This document shows, one piece after another, positions 38,254 to 44,028 of a stretch of DNA of 44,028 nucleotides (its first letter is position 1; every line of letters starts with the position of its first letter). The stretch covers positions 1 to 44,028 of the forward strand of contig JAJRYU010000465.1 of NCBI GenBank assembly GCA_024275615.1, given 5' to 3'. The notes below the pieces were generated by a model. That model searched no databases, was not told the origin of the DNA, and saw nothing but the letters and a program-made list of their open reading frames with translations. The translations under genes were made by a program, and so were the position numbers. This DNA comes from Planctomycetota bacterium. GTDB lineage: Bacteria > Planctomycetota > GCA-002687715 > DRQF01.

Positions 38254-40128
38254 ATGAAAAAACAACTCTATCTTGCACTTCTATTCGTGGCCATGAACGT
38301 CTGCGGACAAGCACAAACGGTCTTTAATGTTCCAAGTTCAAGTTTCTCAACCATTCAAGCAGCAGTAAACGCCGCCAGCAACGGTGACACCATTGTCGTT
38401 GCGGCAGGCACCTATTTCGAAAACATCAACATCAGTAACAAGTCCATCACACTTCAAGGTGCAGGAATCGGACAGAGCATCTTGGACGGCGGGGGAATAG
38501 GATCGGTTCTGAAGGTAACGGATGCTGCGAGTTTTGATCTGGACGGCTTCACCATCCAAAACGGCCTCGGAGACATCTGGTACGCAGGAAGCCCAACCGG
38601 CCCTGGGTGGTCCTCCGGCGGGGGCGTGTACGCAATAGGCAGCACAAGCAGTCCATCAACGCCATCGTACATCACCATCAAGCACTGTCACTTCGACAGC
38701 AACTCTGCTTTCGACGGCGGGGGAATTTGGGCGTTCAACGGGGTCTTCTTGACGGTCGAAGATAGCCTTTTTACGAACAATTCTACTGTTATCGCGCCAG
38801 GAGCAATTGCGAGTGGAGCCCCCGCGATTCGGGGACTTCAAAACCTAACGTTGACTATCCGTCGCTGCGAGTTCGCCCAAAACACACTGGATGGCAACAT
38901 CTCAGCAACGATCACCCTCACAGCAGGAAGCCTGCTCATCGAAGACTCCGAGATCCATAACAACGATGGCTGGGGAGTATTGACGACTGGGCTTTCCACC
39001 TTGGATGGTGTCACTCTTCACGACAACGAAACAGGAGGTGTGTACTTTGGCCAAAACAGCAACGGCCAAAGGCACTTACTGCGCAATTCATTGATCTATT
39101 CCCACAACGATCCTCAAACGATCGCTGCTGTCTTCACGAAAGGCAACGTTGATATCGAAGGTTGCACCATCGTCGATAACGTCGGAGCCACCACACTGAA
39201 CAGCGATGTGGGGGGTGCCCCCATGACCGGCGGAGGTGTAGTTGGCATGAGCAAATGGGGAACCATTCCGACTGTGGTCAACATCATAAACTCCATCGTT
39301 TACGGCAACCTGCCTGCGGATACAGTGCGCTTCATCCCGCCCGCATCCATACAACCGCCGCCCCAGGCCTTGCCACCAGGGGTTCCCGGTGTTGGCATTG
39401 TTTTCCTATCCATCAACTACTCTTGTACCGGGCCAAGTATTGAAAACGCTTTCGGCGTCGCCAATACGACGCTAGATCCCATGTTTGTCGACCCCTTGGC
39501 ACAGGACTATCGTTTGGATCCGCTGTCCCCAGCAATCAACAATGGAGACGTCAATTCGCCAGACATTGCCCCTGTCGATATTTTGGGTTCGCCACGGGTG
39601 GTTTTTGGGGTCATCGACATGGGGGTTTATGAAAATACCCATGTGGGATTAGGCCCCTTCTTCAATGGCAATGTTGGTCCAAGCCCGGCGAATTTGTTCT
39701 TCGACCTGCTCAAAATCAACGGCACAGCTGGCGATCTTGTCAACCGCGTGACCGTTCCCATTGGTTCGTCATCGACGATGACCTTGGACCAGCCCTACAC
39801 CAACCCCATGCCATCAAACTTCCTTATCTTTGCCCTCTGGGGCGAGCCGACGGTTTTTGATTCCTACACGTTACCGGGCACCATCGGCGACATGGCATTT
39901 GTTCCATGTCCAGCGGCACCCAGTCTATCGGCCTTGACTTTCGTCTATGCTGGTTCCTTCGTCTTCGGAACCGGATGTAATCCGCTCTTTCTGACTGGGC
40001 CGACACCTTGGAACTCTGGCCCCAGTCCAGCCATCTTCTTTCCCTTGAAATTGACTTTCCAAGGCGTGATCGAAGAAACCCCAGGTGTCTACAAAGTGAC
40101 CAATGGCATTATTTGGGAATTGAAGTAA
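38254..40128 (+). CDS. Secreted right-handed parallel beta-helix repeat protein with a shared C-terminal module
   Basis: The RBS is tAGGAGGctcccATG and there is a signal peptide. The beta-helix N-terminal cap reads GDTIVVAAGTYFENINISNKSITLQGAG..SILDGGG, and repeated GG/N-rich turns follow. The C-terminal 158 aa (39652-40125) are homologous by eye to 31412-31855. Confidence 0.75.
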   Translation: MKKQLYLALLFVAMNVCGQAQTVFNVPSSSFSTIQAAVNAASNGDTIVVAAGTYFENINISNKSITLQGAGIGQSILDGGGIGSVLKVTDAASFDLDGFTIQNGLGDIWYAGSPTGPGWSSGGGVYAIGSTSSPSTPSYITIKHCHFDSNSAFDGGGIWAFNGVFLTVEDSLFTNNSTVIAPGAIASGAPAIRGLQNLTLTIRRCEFAQNTLDGNISATITLTAGSLLIEDSEIHNNDGWGVLTTGLSTLDGVTLHDNETGGVYFGQNSNGQRHLLRNSLIYSHNDPQTIAAVFTKGNVDIEGCTIVDNVGATTLNSDVGGAPMTGGGVVGMSKWGTIPTVVNIINSIVYGNLPADTVRFIPPASIQPPPQALPPGVPGVGIVFLSINYSCTGPSIENAFGVANTTLDPMFVDPLAQDYRLDPLSPAINNGDVNSPDIAPVDILGSPRVVFGVIDMGVYENTHVGLGPFFNGNVGPSPANLFFDLLKINGTAGDLVNRVTVPIGSSSTMTLDQPYTNPMPSNFLIFALWGEPTVFDSYTLPGTIGDMAFVPCPAAPSLSALTFVYAGSFVFGTGCNPLFLTGPTPWNSGPSPAIFFPLKLTFQGVIEETPGVYKVTNGIIWELK

Positions 40129-40233
40129 CTGCCGCGCCGCTCGTTGATCATGGCGATTGAGGTGAAGGCGCAGACTCCATCTCAGGGAAGGATGAGAGGA
40201 AGTATCGCGCGCGCAGCATTGTTCAGATGTTGT

Positions 40234-41427
40234 TCACGGTAGCGAGCCGAGTTCCATATCGATCTTCTTGCCAAGCGTGCGCCAAGAATAAAAAGCACCG
40301 GTGGATCGGACTTGTGTCTCTGCCCCGCCATAGACAACGGCTGGTTCTAAGTCGCTGTCGGTGACGATTTTCTTGAGCTTAAGAGGAGCCTTGATGAACT
40401 CTGCCAGGGGTGTCGCTGATGACTTGCACTCAATCGCCATGAGTTGATCGGCTGATAGCTGCAACAGAATATCAACTTCAAAAGTCTGATCCCGCCAGAA
40501 GAACGCTCGCGGCCGTTCACCCCGGTTATAGAAGGCCTTCAATGATTCGACGACACACCAATTTTCGAATACAGCACCGCGAAATGGTGAGAGTGTCAGG
40601 TCGTTAGGCGACCGAATGTCCAGTATGCGGCAGAGTAATCCAGTGTCGTAGAAATAGATCTTCGGGCTCTTGATAATGCGCTTAGAGAAATTCTTGAAGT
40701 AGGGTTCAAAGCGAAATGCGATGAATCCTGTTTCAAGAATGTCCATCCAGCTCTTGACCGTATTGTGGCTCAGACCTGCGTCATTGCCGATACCTGTAAG
40801 GTCCAACAACTGGCTCGCGCGCCCAGCACAAAGGCGCAAGAATCTGCGAAATGCGTTCAGATCCGAGATGTTTCGAATCGAGCGTACGTCCCTCTCCACA
40901 TAAGTTTGGGCATAACTGTCCAGCCATGTGGTAGCCGCTTCTGGTGCATCATGGACGAGAGGATAGCCGCCACGCAAAAGGTGCTCTTCGAGTGTGGCGG
41001 TTGCACCGCCGGCGTCTTGCAGCTCAATGTAAGACAGAGGAAGCAAATGGCGTATGGCAGTTCGACCGGCGAGGGATTGACTCACATGATCCAAAAGGAG
41101 CAGATTGTGCGACCCCGTGACTGCGAAGCGGCCAGGCACGCGGTCTTTGTCCACCGTCGCTTGAATTTGGGAAAGAAGTTTTGGTGCTCGCTGAATCTCA
41201 TCGATGATCACTTCGTGGTCGTAATTCGCGATGAATCCTAAGGGATCTTCTTGGGCAAACTCCAACATGTGAGGTTCTTCGAGATTCACGTATCGCCACG
41301 TTGGCAGCAGCCTTTGCAACAAGGTGCTCTTTCCGGACTGCCGAGGGCCGGTAAGTGTTAGGACTGGAAAAGTCTCCAAATCAGTGAGACAGACTTGTCC
41401 AAGCGTGCGTTCAAGAAATTTCATCAC
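40234..41427 (-). CDS. AAA-type ATPase with a DUF4143-like C-terminal domain
   Basis: Walker A is LTGPRQSGKSTLL. The Walker B context is VIIDEIQRAP. The C-terminal region is typical of the ATPase/DUF4143 family (FENWCVVESLK). Confidence 0.8.
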   Translation of the reverse strand: MMKFLERTLGQVCLTDLETFPVLTLTGPRQSGKSTLLQRLLPTWRYVNLEEPHMLEFAQEDPLGFIANYDHEVIIDEIQRAPKLLSQIQATVDKDRVPGRFAVTGSHNLLLLDHVSQSLAGRTAIRHLLPLSYIELQDAGGATATLEEHLLRGGYPLVHDAPEAATTWLDSYAQTYVERDVRSIRNISDLNAFRRFLRLCAGRASQLLDLTGIGNDAGLSHNTVKSWMDILETGFIAFRFEPYFKNFSKRIIKSPKIYFYDTGLLCRILDIRSPNDLTLSPFRGAVFENWCVVESLKAFYNRGERPRAFFWRDQTFEVDILLQLSADQLMAIECKSSATPLAEFIKAPLKLKKIVTDSDLEPAVVYGGAETQVRSTGAFYSWRTLGKKIDMELGSLP

Positions 41428-41510
41428 GTTAGGTTAGAGAATTCTTGACCATTTGGCAATCCAAATGCCCGATAGTCAGCAATTCCGCTCCAGAAAAACC
41501 CTTGGCGCCT

Positions 41511-41565
41511 GGCGAATGACAACGAGACCTGGCGCTATGCTGCTGCCTTTGGCCGTAAGGGTGTG
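41511..41565 (-). repeat. Intergenic repeat, copy B (partner at 4906-4960)
   Basis: The reverse complement matches 4906-4960 at 46 of 55 positions, including a perfect 17-mer. On the minus strand it begins 22 nt after the aminotransferase TAA. Confidence 0.8.
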
Positions 41566-41586
41566 CGCGTTCGACGCGTATCTGGC

Positions 41587-42852
41587 TTATCCCTTCAGCA
41601 TGGCTTCCAGGCGGTCCAATCCCGCTTTCACAGCATCGAGGGGCGGTCCGAAGGAAAAACGCATCCATTGGTCAAACTTGCTCCCCACCTCACGTTGCTT
41701 ACCAGGATTGACGTCGAAGAAGAAACCGGGGACTGTCAGGACTTTTTCCTTGAGTGCGGCATGAAAGAATTCCTCGGCGTTGTTGTAGGGAGCTGGTAGA
41801 CCATCAAGGCAACCCCACAAGTAAAATGTGCCTTCTGATTCACGGGTGAAACGGACCCCCATCGTTTTCAACCGATCGATCATGAGGTTGCGTTTCTTGG
41901 TAAACGTCTTTCTTAGTGCCGTTGTTTCCTGGTCTGCTCGAGACGGTTCCAAGATATCAACCGCAGCTCTTTGCAAGACCCGCGCCGGTCCGCCATCCAA
42001 AGCGCTGCCAGCGGTAATGAAACACTCAATGAATTTTTTCGGCCCGACTACCCAACCTATGCGCCAACCGGGATAGCGGAAGCACTTGGTGAGCCCATCA
42101 AAAATGAGAACCGGATCTTCTTCGACGTTGTCAATGACAGAAGCGGCACTCACAGGCCCATCGGCGACGGAGCCGTCTAAGTTGTAAATGAAGTGCGAGT
42201 AGAATTCGTCCGACAGAAGGACGCAATCGTTGTCCCGCGAGGCTGTCACCCACCCCTTAAGGTCATCACCTTTCACCACAACTCCAGTCGGATTGCATGG
42301 GTTGCTAATGATGACGGCTCCGAGGTTCTTTTCCTTGATCTCCACAGCCAAACGATCACCTGGCAGGGCGAAACCGTCTTCTTCTTTGGCATGTATGGCC
42401 ACAGGTTCAATGCGGGGCATCTGGCCAGCTAACATGTCTTCATAGGCGCTGTAGTCAGGCACTTGGTAGCCCACCCGTGCCGGGGCGAGAGAAAACGCAG
42501 CCCGCGACAAGGCCAAGCGGCCCCCCGATGCGATGGCCACATTGTCCGGACCGTATTGGCTCATCATCCCCCGGCGAAAGAGGCGGTTGTAGTGATCCGC
42601 GACTCTTTGACGCAGCTCCTGGGTGCCATGCACCGGACCATAGGCGTGATCGATGGGTTCAAAACTGATCTGCGCAACACGTTCGGGCGCACCTTCGATT
42701 TCGCCAACTTCAGGTTGACCTTGGCCCAAGTTGATCCAGTCAGGATCACCGTTGGAAAAACCAAGTTTTTCTGCTTCCGCAACGACTGCGATCACACCCA
42801 TATAAGGTAAGCAGCGCAGAGCACCGCGCTTCTCTTCCCTTGCGTCTTTCAT
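41587..42852 (-). CDS. Class I/II PLP-dependent aminotransferase
   Basis: The RBS is AGGAGctttcATG at 42852. Motifs are NLGQGQPE, a PLP-Lys context (FDGLTKCFRYPGWRIGWV) and MRFSFG near the C-terminus. Confidence 0.85.
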   Translation of the reverse strand: MKDAREEKRGALRCLPYMGVIAVVAEAEKLGFSNGDPDWINLGQGQPEVGEIEGAPERVAQISFEPIDHAYGPVHGTQELRQRVADHYNRLFRRGMMSQYGPDNVAIASGGRLALSRAAFSLAPARVGYQVPDYSAYEDMLAGQMPRIEPVAIHAKEEDGFALPGDRLAVEIKEKNLGAVIISNPCNPTGVVVKGDDLKGWVTASRDNDCVLLSDEFYSHFIYNLDGSVADGPVSAASVIDNVEEDPVLIFDGLTKCFRYPGWRIGWVVGPKKFIECFITAGSALDGGPARVLQRAAVDILEPSRADQETTALRKTFTKKRNLMIDRLKTMGVRFTRESEGTFYLWGCLDGLPAPYNNAEEFFHAALKEKVLTVPGFFFDVNPGKQREVGSKFDQWMRFSFGPPLDAVKAGLDRLEAMLKG

Positions 42853-42899
42853 GAAAGCTCCTACCGTAAAAGCCCAAACCAAAAAGCGGAATCGAACGA

Positions 42900-43634
42900 A
42901 TGAAGAGACTGACACTGTCTTTGGCCTTAGTCAGCCTGCTGATCGCATGTAGCGACAAGATTGAGGGCCCAGTTTATCCAGAACGCCAAGTAAATCTGCC
43001 CCCAATTGGGCAAACTAGGACAATTTCTGGACACATTCGCTTTGCTGGGACAGCTCCTAAGAGTCGCGACATTGGCGTTTGCCAAGGCAGCAACCTTCCT
43101 ATCCCGAATCAAGAGGTTCGTGTGGAGAATGGCAAGCTCGCCGATGTCCTGGTCTACATCAAAAGCGGGCTGGATAAATACACATTCCCCTACAACAAGA
43201 CACCCGCGGTTATTGACCAAATTGGCTGTATTTTCGAGCCCCACGTCTTGGCGGTGCAGACCTACCAGCCGATCACCATCAAAAATAGTGACCCCATGGT
43301 CCACAACATCAATTTTGGATCAAAACTGGCGGGCCAGAGTTTCGTAGCAACACTGACACCCAGCCAAGGGTCGATCACTCATCAAGTGCGAAAGGAAGAG
43401 ATCGGCATCAACGTCACCTGCGACATCCATGCCTTTATGTTGATGTATGTCCACGCCTTGCCCCATCCATTTTTTTGTGTGTCCAAAGCTGATGGCACTT
43501 TTGTCATCACGGATTTGCCCTACGGCGAATACGTCATTGAGGCCATCCACGCCAAACTTGGCAAGCAGACAAAAAAACTCGTGGTCACCCAGGGCGGGGC
43601 AAGCACGAGTCTAGAATTTGTTTTTGGCAGTTAG
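42900..43634 (+). CDS. Lipoprotein with a cupredoxin-like domain followed by a carboxypeptidase-regulatory-like beta-sandwich
   Basis: The lipobox is LLIAC. Putative type-1 Cu ligands are H in PMVHNINF plus TCDIHAFM, with amicyanin-like C-x2-H-x2-M spacing. The tail reads DGTFVITDLPYGEYVIEAIHAKLG. Confidence 0.6.
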   Translation: MKRLTLSLALVSLLIACSDKIEGPVYPERQVNLPPIGQTRTISGHIRFAGTAPKSRDIGVCQGSNLPIPNQEVRVENGKLADVLVYIKSGLDKYTFPYNKTPAVIDQIGCIFEPHVLAVQTYQPITIKNSDPMVHNINFGSKLAGQSFVATLTPSQGSITHQVRKEEIGINVTCDIHAFMLMYVHALPHPFFCVSKADGTFVITDLPYGEYVIEAIHAKLGKQTKKLVVTQGGASTSLEFVFGS

Positions 43635-44028
43635 ACGCTGCCTTTGCGGGCCAAGACAGCAAGCAAGTGCACCACGGCCATACCTATCACAAACATGAGA
43701 GCCATGTGGCCGTAGTGAAAAGCAGAGAAATTGTGGGCAAAGACCATCAACATCAGCATCGGGCCGGAAAGATATAGGTTGATATCGCCTAAGCGCCCGG
43801 CCCTTGCCATCTCGCTGTCGCTTGGGCCAATACCGGCCTCAAACGAGGCAGCGATCCGCTTTTGTAAGGGGGTGATGAGAAACCAAAGGTTCGCCCACAT
43901 AGCAACCGCCAAGGTCATGCCCCACATGATGAATTTGCCACGGCCAGAAAGGCCAGTGGCTTCACTGTGGTAAACACCCTGGAACCAGATATGCCCAAGG
44001 ACCCCCACACCTAGCAAGAGCGTCGCCA
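43631..44028 (-). CDS. Integral membrane protein, 5' end beyond the window edge
   Basis: The frame stays open to nt 44028 upstream of the track's TTG start. There are three or four hydrophobic helices. I recognise no family. Its 3' end overlaps the lipoprotein gene by 4 nt. Confidence 0.45.
   Translation of the reverse strand, partial: ATLLLGVGVLGHIWFQGVYHSEATGLSGRGKFIMWGMTLAVAMWANLWFLITPLQKRIAASFEAGIGPSDSEMARAGRLGDINLYLSGPMLMLMVFAHNFSAFHYGHMALMFVIGMAVVHLLAVLARKGSV

Noticed and set aside
1-44028. I searched for tRNA (including tRNA-Sec), rRNA, CRISPR repeats, IS or transposase genes, integrases, reverse transcriptases, and toxin-antitoxin or phage genes.
   Set aside because: I could recognise none by eye in any intergenic region or ORF. 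The window appears to be core chromosome and not a mobile or defence island.

Overview
The window is a 44-kb chromosomal segment from a Gram-negative bacterium, as shown by a TonB-dependent receptor, lipobox and Sec signal peptides, and Shine-Dalgarno-like sites. I could not assign a lineage. I support about 33 protein-coding genes and found no rRNA, tRNA, CRISPR array, transposase, integrase or phage genes. From left to right the content is as follows. (1) A tightly coupled operon of a TonB-dependent receptor, a YfiR/DUF4154 protein and a hybrid histidine kinase. (2) An AraC/GyrI regulator divergent from a secreted VOC protein. (3) An orphan SagB-like protein with tandem nitroreductase domains. 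(4) A fatty-acid and lipid catabolic block: fadE, then a PaaK-like ligase, patatin, fadB, fadA and adenosine deaminase. (5) Housekeeping enzymes: a TPMT-like methyltransferase, a HAD phosphatase and an esterase. (6) Three large secreted proteins (a serine protease with a PKD domain, an FG-GAP propeller and a beta-helix protein) that share an unnamed C-terminal module. (7) An EAL/HDOD protein, a membrane-anchored prenyltransferase-repeat protein, a RecQ-family helicase, a GNAT-like protein, an M14 peptidase, a DUF4143 ATPase, an aminotransferase and a cupredoxin-like lipoprotein. The most interesting signal is a TlpA-like thioredoxin-fold gene (27313-28368). Its reading frame is interrupted only by a TGA that sits exactly at the first Cys position of the CxxC motif, and a stem-loop follows immediately. 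This makes it a candidate selenoprotein (UGPC). Next to it, in convergent orientation, lies a paralog that has lost the redox motif. Other unexplained structure includes a roughly 55-nt intergenic repeat present twice just 3' of stop codons, an 18-bp composite inverted repeat in front of the helicase gene, and a 16-bp perfect palindrome inside the fad operon. All functional calls come from motif recognition by eye. No database search was run.
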